A DNA stretch of 60,302 bases, counting the filler, from Catajapyx aquilonaris (taxonomy: Eukaryota): the NCBI GenBank assembly GCA_000934665.2. It is 2 parts of 2 records of this genome, joined end to end, with 100 filler letters (N's around TTAATTAATTAA, not from the genome) between each part and the next. Parts side by side here need not be neighbours in the genome. Positions count along the whole stretch, not along the records: positions 1 to 29,956 come from JYFJ02004713.1; 1 more part is not named here. One strand, given 5' to 3'. Of the stretch, positions 13,701-25,700 are shown piece after piece. The first letter of the stretch is position 1. Every line of letters begins with the position of its first letter. The translations under genes were made by a program, and so were the position numbers. The notes below the pieces were generated by a model. It was given only the letters and a program-made list of their open reading frames with translations. It searched no databases and was not told the origin of the DNA.

Positions 13701-16700
13701 TAAAATGCGAATAATCACTCTTAACTAGAAAATTTTCATTAGACATCCATTTCCATCAATATATATTCATTCAGTGCATTTGTATTGAAGACGTCGACTT
13801 TCTGGATCATTGCACAGAAGTTTGTGATGCTTTTTGAAAGCTTCTTTTTGCACAAAAATATTGAATACCTCTGAGTGAATGCACTGTACATCACCTAAGT
13901 AAAACAACTGAAAGAATTGCTGGACTGCATAATGGAATAGAAAATGGTAGGCAGCCTTTTATACCCCTCTTATAGAACTCAAATCCCAAAGAAGCCTATG
14001 CAGCTTTATAGCAGATATTTTATGCATAAATCTCCTCCTTGCAAGTGCCTGTGAAGGCGCCTGTATGGCTTTTGACAACGAAAAGCTCACGACCAAATAT
14101 AGCCAGACCATGCATCATTTCACGACATCGCCTGTATTCCAGGGGCTTTTGTAAACTCCACCATTCATTCCTCAAATAACTTTCCTGACCTGCTAGATAT
14201 CTCATCAATAAGAAGAGGCGCAAAATATCAAGTAAAATTGGATGTCACCGAAATAGGTATCATACAGTATGGGCACACGTGTGTATAGTATGAATCTGCT
14301 CCAGTGCGCAATATAACGATGCAAATTGGAACACAGCAGAAAAGCTTTCGTTTTCTGCCCAGCAGTTTTGAGTGCAGTTATTACGCCTTGGAATCCAGAA
14401 ACGCTGCTTCAGAATTTCATCAAACTTCACCTTCATTATTATTAAAGTTTACGTACAGTAAGCCACTACTCCGTTTCACGAAATTGCAAAAATGTGCACA
14501 AGGAATAGGTCACTTACCGGTAAAAATAGGCTTACCTGTATAGTTCCTTCAGAGTGGAAGATGCTGCAAACTAATGTCACTTCACAAGCGTCGAATGTCA
14601 AATATAACGTTAAAAAGTCGCATTATTTCTCCATGTAATTGCGTCCGATATTGGAATAGCAGCAGGTTTGGTGTTTGGACTTTGGAGTAGTAAATCAAGA
14701 GATTTCTGTGGCATCAGATTCATGTGTATGTCCTACAGTATTACGTGATTGCAGTGCTGGGCGTGTAAGCGGTTACTGTTAATCCGTTTGGCAAACTTCT
14801 GATGGCATGTCTAACACATAATCAATTATCATTTTTCAACAAACGCATTCGGTGCTGCTGTTGCCATTTAAGCTAAACAATGCTGTTGGGTAGATTTCTG
14901 CTCAGGATAATTGCTTTCGCCGATAAATGGTCAGTACAGAAGAGTCATTTGCACACGACATAACAATTCACATCACTGAGCGCTAATTTTGGAGGATTAA
15001 TAATCGCTAGGATTCTTGCATGGAGCGCATTAAGCTTGATAATATGGACGCCACTCACAAACTGTGACCTATAAAAAGGGCGTATGCAAACATGAAAGGA
15101 AGAAAATGTAACTTATGGTTTAGATTAATGTGATAATTTGTAGGCTGGTACAGGACACCACATAATCTAGAATACAGTATTGCTAATATGCAGTAGGCTA
15201 ATATGTAAAGCGCATGGGGCAACTGATAAGCTGTTGACATAATTTTGCATGGACGGAATAAGGGATCCAATCTATTTTTTGTGATTCTAAACACATAGTA
15301 TAAATTAGTTGCTGATATTACTTGGTAATAAATTGTTGCATAGTAATAACGGTAATGACATGCTAACACTTTATTACTTTTTAGTACCCAACTCTTCATC
15401 CAAACAATCCCTATGTGCAATGGAGCTGTTATTGTTGACGGGTATTAAAACTGCATAGTCGCTCTAACAACTATCACGATCATTGCTTGCACCGTATACT
15501 GTAGGCCTATACTTGTATACGGCACAACATTCATGACAAGGCTGTACCCCCATTCACGAGAAAGGTCACCTAGAGATGAAAATGCACGTTACACTTGACC
15601 TATAACTTTTGGCATCGAAATTCCCTGGTGAGTACATGAGGTATTTATCGAACGTGTTGGTATTTGTTTGAAGACGTAGTTTTTGATGTCCGATCGGGGT
15701 GTTTATTGGGTCGGGCAAACCTTTTCATCAAAGGCAGCTGTGATGTAATAGTAATCATATGGGTTTGGTTTCCATGTGGCTGTTTGATTTGGATGCGTAA
15801 ATGAGTCCAGGGAGTCAAAGAATGCAAAGGGCCAATTATTCAGCTATGCAAATATAGCCTAGGGAGCATCACGACATTATCGGTTTTACCTCTCCCGCAT
15901 CTTCCTATACACTTTTGGCACGCCGGGTGTTAATTCTGGGATGAAATTATCTTATGCTTGAGATATTGAATGTTGCGTGAATATTAACTGGACATATGCA
16001 GAATAGCCTTGCTGCATCCAAAAATATCGTATATGATTATAGAGGATTGTGGGCAATCACGAACGAATAGTTGTGTTTTTTGTGCATGTGCTGACCTCGG
16101 ACAACGGACGGATATACGATATAAGCACTGCAGATCTGTTGTAGCAAATTGGTATTTGCATGAAGGGAGGTTTTATGGTCATTGACGAGTAAACTCAAGT
16201 GACTCACTTGTCAGAAATTGCGTGCGGTAAACTCTGGAGGCTTTAAGTGGCCTCCTAAAAGCGTTAATTGAGACAAATGAGGCGAATGACTCCGGCCTAC
16301 AAAGACCACAAGCAGCATTTTCTCATAGTCTGCCAGAGACTGCTACTAGTGCTTCTTGGTACAGCACAGTACGTATTGTATACAGTGCATCAAGCTCCCA
16401 AGGTTGAGTATCCTGCGGTATTTATATTTATTTGCTTGATTGTTTGTATTGTTATTTATTGGTTTACAGATTGAGTTGAAGCTCTGGACTGGCAAGCTAC
16501 AGCCTATAAAATATGTAATCTCGAATCATTTTAGGAGTGTTTCTAACAATGCAAAAAATATAAATTAAGCGTTATTAATGTCTTTTTTGATAAATTATTC
16601 GTGTTACACTGGTGGCTATTAAAATTATTGCAACTTCAAAACCAGAAGAAAATTTATGAGTGACTGTCATGTATATGCCAACTTATATTAAAGCACGAGT

Positions 16701-19700
16701 CGGATGCCAATCATCCCTTAATTTCCGATACCTGGCACGTTTACTTCAAGCATCACTCTTTAATCCGGAAACTCACTCTGGATTAGCTCGAGTGTACCTT
16801 TGAAGTTAAGTCCATTAGTCCCACCTCGGAAATAACACTTTCTCCCTGATCCGCCTTAACTTCTCAACAAAAGACTCCCTCGCGAACCTATCCAAACAAT
16901 TCCCCATCCACATCCTAAAACTCCTAATTAATCAGATTTCCACACTTGATTGCCAAAACGTCACTCTTCAACCCACGTTCCGATCCTTGGCATAACAAGC
17001 TTGATAGCACAAGTGAAGGTACGGGCGTAAAATATGAAGAAGAATGAGGTCAAACAGGGTGACAGGGAATGGGGGTGTTTGAAGATGTACGACCCAAAGC
17101 TGTACAATCAATCTGGACTCTCTGTCTTTCCTTGGCCAGAACATGGAAAAGCGTCGCACATCCCGCAACGGTGAGGAGGACAGTGCTGAAGACATGGATG
17201 GGGATTACTACAGGGTTCGGAGCTTCAGCATTACAGCCAAAGGGGTGGTCAACTGGGGCGACTCACTTCGTTCCAGAAGGTCTCGTTCCAATGCATCGGT
17301 CAATTCTACCCACTCAACCCATTCCAGCCATAGTGGACGGAGCAGGGAGAGGTTCCCCAGGTATGTTATTGCATATGCATTATACAAGTCCTGGATGTTT
17401 TTCTTGCGAAGTATTTCCCTTTTGCTGCTTTGGTTTCACAAAGTTTTTTTGCCGGAATTATAATTGGACAAGTTGTTAGCCAAGTTTTGGTGGGATCGGG
17501 TCTGCGGTGGATTCATTCTGGTTGTAGTTATGCTAAATTATTTTTAAACTTTTGTAATGATGGGAGGTGTTTTCAGGTGCAGTTTTGTACAGTAGCATAT
17601 ATCTGGAGTTGAATAAACTGGATTAGAGTTAATCTATCGGAATTCGTAATGGCACAGTGAGGGGTAAACAGTCAATTACCTGGTTTATTCAGGAAACGTG
17701 CAGGTTACAATAGAAAATTAACTCTTAATTTGGGCGTACATTTTAAATGTGCAAAAACACACAGACAAAAAAAAATCCACGCACAGGTTGTTGACACGAG
17801 CATATGGATACGGTGTTGTCTGGCAATGTCAGCTTGATGGGCGATCAAAATAATGACAATCGCCGGGATAATTTACTGCATGAACGTCAGGTTCTACTCA
17901 TTGAAGGTTTAAAAATACGTTACATGCCCGCTTTCGGTCAGATTAATCTGCCACATTGGCATATACAGAGTAACTCGTGCATGTTTTTAAAAACTGATTT
18001 GCGTGCACGGATGCACGATCATTTATGCATATTGTTGTACCGTACATGCAATAGCCAACGCAGCCTGTATTGCAGATATTTCGGTTTACGTAGCATTTAC
18101 GTAGCGTGTATGTTCAAGTACACTGCATCATTGATAAAAATAAACTTTTAAAGTAACATGTCATCATTTGTGCTCTCAGTATCTTTCCGGCTGCAACTTT
18201 TTGCGACTCTCGAGAATTTTCTTCGGTACAAGTTACATTCAGAAAACTTTCTACTTTAAATAGACCCAGTAGTGCTTGACCTTACTGCGACGTATATCGC
18301 AAAGACCTGTATTTACCGAAGGCACATATTTGAACCTTTGCACGGAGTCCGTGTCCGCTGGATTTTACTTCAAATAAGAGCATTGACCAATAGTCTAACG
18401 CGCGCCTTCCAGTAAATTATGAGATCCATAGTTCATAGACCTAATTAGTTCCTATCTGGCATCATGCTGGTGTGTATTTGCAAGTAAAATCGTGGCTGGC
18501 TTAGCATACAGCCTGCTTGCGTTTAATTTCTATGCATGGAGTCATGTTTGCACTATACACGGATTCTGTCAAATTAGAAATTCCGCGCTACATCTGATAA
18601 GTGCATTGGGTGCCAGTCATCAGTTTTTAATGCTATATGACTTCTGGTGATTGTGGAATCAGTGTGAAATAATGCATTAAGCACACTATGAAAGACAATT
18701 CGACCTATCTACAGTAGTAAATATCTGGTAGATTGTATCGAATTGAACTTTCATATTTAAGAGTCTAGAGGTGTCACACTATCGTATAATCACGTATATT
18801 TTATGCAAGAGCTGGGATCAGTTGTCCCATGACCAATTCGCCAAGCTAAACGACGATAATGTCGCAAATTTGTTTATAATGTCATCGTCACATGGGTTAC
18901 GTTATGCTAATTTAGTCTGACAGGTTGGGTATGCTATTTGACAGATTAAAATGTAGATGCGAATGACAAACTCGTACCCGCATCCTTATTGTGCGGCACA
19001 TTGGTAATTGTATTCAAGCGAGATTAGCTAATCGTGCAATTCTAGTTTCTTTTGAACCATTTGAAAGTGTTTTGTATGAAATATTATCATATGTGGCAAG
19101 TCCTTTTCGCGTTGGCTTCTCCTTGTCAGCCAAGCGACATTCATTTCCTGACCAACACTTGACTCATTTGCATGTTCCAAAACATGTCACTGAAGTGTAT
19201 GTTTCTGCATGTCCAGCTCGGCCTCGACCAATCCCGAGAGCCAGGCGTCTTCCTGCGACTACTACATATGTCGCTTCAAAGTCGTCATTTTGGGCGCCTC
19301 TGGCGTCGGCAAGAGTTCACTCACCTCCCAGTTCATGACGTCGGAGTACATGTGTGCCTACGACAGCTCTCTAGGTAAGTACAGTGCAAGTAATTACTCA
19401 CCACTGGAGGGGGCGTGTGCCCGTAAATTGAAAAAAATTCTGGCATATAATTTTGTGCGAAAAGCGGATTTTCCGGATGGAGTTTTAAACCTGACTGGTC
19501 AGCCCTGAGGTGGAAAATATTTGCTCAACCAGCTCGGCTCGATCCGGAAACAAACGGTTGGTAATAGGTCCCATCAGAACGGTAGCGATTTTACAAATGA
19601 AGCTGCGTAGTCGAGGGAGCAGTTATGCCACACTCTTGATGGAGCTGTAAAAGAACCGTTTCCATTCGACTGATTGCACTCTGTCAAGAGAGGCCGCGGC

Positions 19701-22700
19701 CGGTGGTTGCTTAGCAGGAACGATGATAAAGGTTGGCCGTAACGTTGGGGTAAGAGGTCTTGGATATTGAAGCTTCGGTTTTCCACTCATTCTCCAGCTG
19801 GTTATAAGCACCTAAAATGACCACAATTTCCGTTGTCGAACTTCAGGAGGTTAGGTTAGGTTAGGTTAGGTTAGGTTAGTCCTAGGGGGAATTGGGTTGT
19901 TATGGTGTGGGGAATGGCTCAAAAGTGTAGCCTGTTGCTATACAGGTTGTGCAGGCATAATCAGTTATGGCGAAATTGATTTAACCAACACCGGTTCACT
20001 GCAGCATCTTTCCCGGTGATGGGTGATTAGTTAGGAAATCCATCCGGGGAGAAACCACGGTTTTGGGTTACTGTTACCGAGATTACAGTAACTAATATTC
20101 AGAGAGAAAACCCCCCTGGTCTGGTCTGTAAGTAGCCTACAGTAAATGGAAACTTTCGCGAAAATTTAATAGCTACAAAAAATATTTAAAAATATTCTAC
20201 AAACTTACTGAAAAATCTCGACGAGAAAGCTTTTAGAGAGCTGAAGTTCGTAACACAAACTCTGCATACTAATTAGTAGATTATTATTGTTAAAGACACC
20301 TGGAAAATATCATGCAAAATAATAAAACTAAGGAACTGTGAAAGAGTAAACTAATATTATTAAAGCCATTAAGAGGCAAAATTACAATGTGAAGTGTTCC
20401 GAAACGTATTCCCATCATTTGCTACTGTATTTTTGTTTTTTGTTTTTGTTTTTTGCACTAAAAACAAACACTGCTCCAGACAGTGCCAGCATTGCTTTTA
20501 CAGGCTCCTCCATTCCACTCTACGAAGCATAATGCAGTATCGAATTTTCTCGAGTAACTCAAAGACATGCCATTCGCTTCAATGCGCAAATTTTCCTGCT
20601 AGCAGTCAAGAAATGTCATTCCGCATTGATCCGTAAAAATGAATCAAACCTTTCCCACTTTAACAGGTGTTATGGAAATCCCAGCAAGCTGACAGGTCAC
20701 AGTCCAATATTGCACCATTCCGAACGATTCCGAACCTTCTCGCGAATCATAAACCATTTGCAATAAACCTTTAGTAGGAAGTAGGCTTACACCAACCAAC
20801 TTTTTCTCTGGAAATAATGTGGCAGTTTTATTTTTAAAGGCTGACCACTGGCAGTGCATGCTGGTTTCGTGTAATAAATTTTAAAGCTCTATTTTTCATC
20901 ATGGCATTAATTTTAATGCGCCTCACCATCACTGGCACTACAGGGCAAAAAACTGTTTATGCTCGTTTCGATTTGACATTGTCAACTGTTTTTCGTCCTG
21001 CATTATACTGTTACACAGTTTAATTAACTACGAGGTGCAATGCAGGTGTAAACAAGAGCGCAAAAACAACATGTTCCAAGCGGTTCCAAGCCATCGTGAC
21101 CTAGGGTGCTCTTTCCACGATTCATTAATGTTACACACAATTGAAGTGGACATAAATGACAAAGTGAGCTCCAAATAGTACTGTGCAAAAAAAAGAATGT
21201 CGTCATGTCGCAAATGTTATTTTCGTCCATAATTTATTTTAAAACATTAAAGCTTGAAACTAATTTAGTGATTCCCTAATCCCTACAGGCCAAATCGGAC
21301 AAATATTATTAGCCGATACAGACACTCGCAATAAACACAAAAATAATCTCCACGATAACATTATTTTGGTCGATAATAATAATTGTACCTCGAGCGAGTG
21401 ACCGTGCCCCCGAAAGCTCCACAACAACAGACGACATCAATGTTGATGACACAGATAACTTTGCAAAAAATTCGATAATATAAGATAACAAAAATTACAG
21501 TATATCCAAACACTCGACATGTAACTCTTTGCAGTAGTAAAATATCAATATGATACATTTAGATACTTCAAATGCGTGATGCGTGAATAATTCAGTTTAG
21601 GAACTCCGATGTGACATCACGATAACCCGATTAAGACCAGCTCTGGACACGCAACGTGCAGATGTCAAATTTCCGGAGTCAGCCTTTGAATGCGTGACTT
21701 TGTCCTTCTTAACCCATATAGCTGGAAACTGTGTGAAGGTCTAGCAATATATCTGGCGAGTCAGACATGAGTGCATGATTAGTAAAAATAATATTGACTC
21801 CCACTAGCAGCTATAAAAAAATCCCCATATAAACTACATGCCAATGCCTTTTTAAAGAACAATTACCTCAGACATGATTATTTCGCCTTATTGCCCTTAA
21901 GACCAGTTCATCAAAAAAGATTAATCTCTGTAAAAAGAGCGCACACACAATTTCGCCTTTATCCTAATACTTATGAGAATTCCACGCAGCCCTGTAATAT
22001 AAAATTCATAGGCTTAGAGGAATTCCATCCTGGTCCTCAAAGGAAGGATTGGAAATGAACGAGCGTTGCACTCGTCAGAAGCCAGATTAGCAGGCCTTTC
22101 ACAAGAAACCTCAAATGCCACATAGACCTCATCATCTGAGTAGCTCCACTCGCCGCCTGCTTTCTCTTATGCAAAATTTTATCACTCCAGGTAATTACAT
22201 TAGTTCAGGGCTCTTATAGTCTGTCTCACCCTGTTGGCTTGCTTGTGTTTTCACGGGAAATATTTTGTGAAATTTAAATGTGGGCCAGGGTTAAGGCTGT
22301 TGTATGAGAAATTATTGCTCAGCTGTTGCAGGAAAATATTCTGCTGCATTTTGCCAATTATACCTGGCTGATGAAAATGCAGGGGGTGACAATTTACTGC
22401 ACAGCATGGGCTCCCAGCTTCTACTTATTAGTTCCTATTACTTTCAATTCGTTTTCCACCATCTGCGAATGATTAGTTTTCAGCCCAAAATGTAAGATAT
22501 TCTGATGGGGAAAGTGTCACCTAGCTTATACGTAATTATATAGTCAACATTGAACTTCTGAGCTCAATATCTTGCGCATTATGACCTAGTTTACAGCAGC
22601 GTATTATGCAAGCTTTCCTGATATAGCTGGTTCCGTGAACTGAAAACACTGTAAGTTAATGTCGGTTCGCATGCAACCCGAAGTAACCCCGGTAATCAAT

Positions 22701-25700
22701 ATCAGTATTGATCAATCAAAATTGACAGCCAGGGTGAGTCAAGAAACTCTCAAGTTACACGCTTTGCCTTTTTAAATAGAGCTTCAATCTTCAGTTAGGT
22801 ATACAAACGCTTTTTAGCATATTGAAGGTTTTTTTTCTGTTGCTTCTCACCCTATACGAATCCCAAAAGATCAACTTTTCTTCCCCCGAATTTTAATCAA
22901 GGGGTGGTGAATAGCTTTCAAAAAGAAAAAAAAATAGAGAAAATACCCTGAGCACGGGATCGAATCAGCCTTAAATTAATCGTCAGTATATTGTAAATCG
23001 AGCCGGAAAAGATTCTAGCTAAGCCCTTAAGACCATGATCCTTGGAGCAAATATTTACTGTAGGATGATTGAAGCAAAAGGCGCAATTTTCCCTCCCGGG
23101 CTTTGTATTTCAACGCTTCGCATCACAAACTGGGTTGGGTTCATTCTAAAAATACTTTAGGAATAGATCGAATTGCATGACGGAAACGATTATTCATTGG
23201 GTAAAAATACAGATGGATTAAAGATGATGTCGAAATAGTTATGCAATGAGCAAACTATTCATGACTGATGTTTTATTAACAGAATGAGCCACTTCAAAGA
23301 CATGCGAAATAATGCGACGTCGTACTGCAGATTGCGTGAACTTGTCTGCGCTGATTCACGGTCACCTGCATCAGCATACTACGCAGCAGCATATGGGGTG
23401 TCATACGTCAGTTGTATACACTAGACGTATGTTATAAATAGACAGGACATAGAGCTGAATTTAGACTGCAGTTCAACTGTTGACATGCAAATTGGTAGTT
23501 GACACGAGAGGACAAAAATGGCATGCTATCATAACACCCCGTGATCAACGAGTATGCCCTGTAGTTATAGTCCTGTACACACTATACAAAACAATTGCTA
23601 CGAACAAAGTACTAAACTCAATAGTTATGGAACATTAACAGGACGTTGTCATTGCGGTCACACTATGCAGAAGTAGGAGATGTGTGTCTCCACGAGGAGG
23701 ACATTACTCACCAATGGGCACGTTTTAGTACCAGTGTTGTCAAACTGATGGGTTAATCATCCGGATTAAATTGCGTCCCAGCTTTTGCCTAGGATTCCCT
23801 GATGGGAGTATCAGGCAAGAGAGGATGCATGATGTGGACGTGTAACCACCAGAGTAGCAGGATGTTTAGAAAAAAATAGATCCATCAGACACGGGTTTTC
23901 AATATAAACTGCAGTAATCAAGACCGTAAGTGCTTTGACCCCGGATAGCCCACAAAAAAAAACCGACGCAATTTCGCAGTTGGCAGACCTCATTATTGTT
24001 TTAATTGCTAGGATTTGAAATGAAGCATGGAATTGTGAATCATCATAATATCTGTGGTAGGAACAAAAGGAAATGCAGCATTGCTGTGATATTCATAGTC
24101 AAAGGCGGTGAATATGGGATAAACTACTTGTGTCCCATGATGCACTCAAGAGCGCCATTTCTACTGGTGTGATCATAATAAAGCGACAAAATACTTCAAT
24201 GTCGTCCTCAGCAGTGTAACTTGATTCTCTGACTAGAGACGTCTTAGGAAATGAGCAGATGGAAAGATTTATTTAATGCCCCTTGGGAGAGAAGGGTGTC
24301 TCTAGAGAGAAATCTATAAAGCTCTTTCGAGATGTCTGTTTCGTTACAGTAACAAACCTTGAAGCAAGTATTATTATCCTGCATTTTTATCGTTAAATAT
24401 TTGTTTATAATAGGGGACTAGAGTGCAAACTGCTTTTTGTATGCATAAAGAAATCATTTAGGAGTACTTTGTAGCGTCTTGTAGCATCGTCCTTACAACC
24501 AAAAATCGTTAGGTTTATATGCGGTTCATATTAGCTGTGATGGCAGGAATCCTAGTCGTGAATGACATCGACATTTTCCTTGAATGCTTTTTTTTTCAAA
24601 GCTTCTTTTCTCCACCTCCACCCTCTCAGAGTGGGCAAGAGAGAGTTTATTCAACAAAGGAAAATAAAAAAAAGAAACGTCAGTTTGAATAGGATAATCA
24701 TCCAGCACTCTCCTTTTTACTCGCCACTTTGTCGAAGTATATAAAAGGTCTGGAAATGACAAACAGGAAGACGTGCCATTTGGAACAACTACGTTGTGAT
24801 CGATTATGAACAAAGGCTAGAAAAAAATAGTTTCTAGCACCATTGCAAATTCTGTGCAATGACATCATTTTTTCCTAGTCATAACACTGCACGACTGTAA
24901 ATCAGTTGATATGATTGTTTATGATCATATTCTGAGGAAGGAAACACATTTAAAGGATGTGCCAGGATTAATGCTCAAACTGGGAAATCAAACCGGCTTG
25001 ATGGAGTAGCTGAGGGATGTCCGCTTTAGAATCGATTCCTCTCTGCACCGTACGTTCGGACAAAATCCGTCCGATATAATTGAATGGGGCAGCAGCCAAA
25101 GCCCCAAACTCAACTTGGCTTTTAAACCCATTTGCAAACTCGGCAACAACAGTCATGTCAAATTGCTCCAAAATCTCAACCACGTTCACTATACAATATT
25201 GCTAATACGAAACTGGACAGGTAACATTGATCTAGGTTAGTGTATCAATTTAAATATAAATTTCCCATGAGTTTGACTAATTAACTTCCATTTCAGATGA
25301 CGAGACTGGAAAGAAGACAATATCAGTACTGCTGGATGATGAGGAGACTGAGCTTGAGATTATTGATCACCCTGCATCTGAAATGTCTGTAAGTATATTT
25401 GTATTGTTGTGTCATTTCTTATGATGGCACAAAATGAGACAGGCCATCGACCTTATCTGCATATAAGTTTCCATCTCCCCGATAGTTTCTACTATCGTCA
25501 GAGTTTCACAGACATCATTAAATGTTATCCGGATACGAGAATTGGGAATTCGGTCCTGGTACGTGCGACAAAAGACAGAATTATCCCGACCGCCAGACTC
25601 GAATTCTATTACCTTTCCTTCCTTCCGAGTCCGTAGTAACAGACAACCACTTTGAGGACAATCCTATTACATCCTCTGCAGCTTACATTTGACACCTCCG

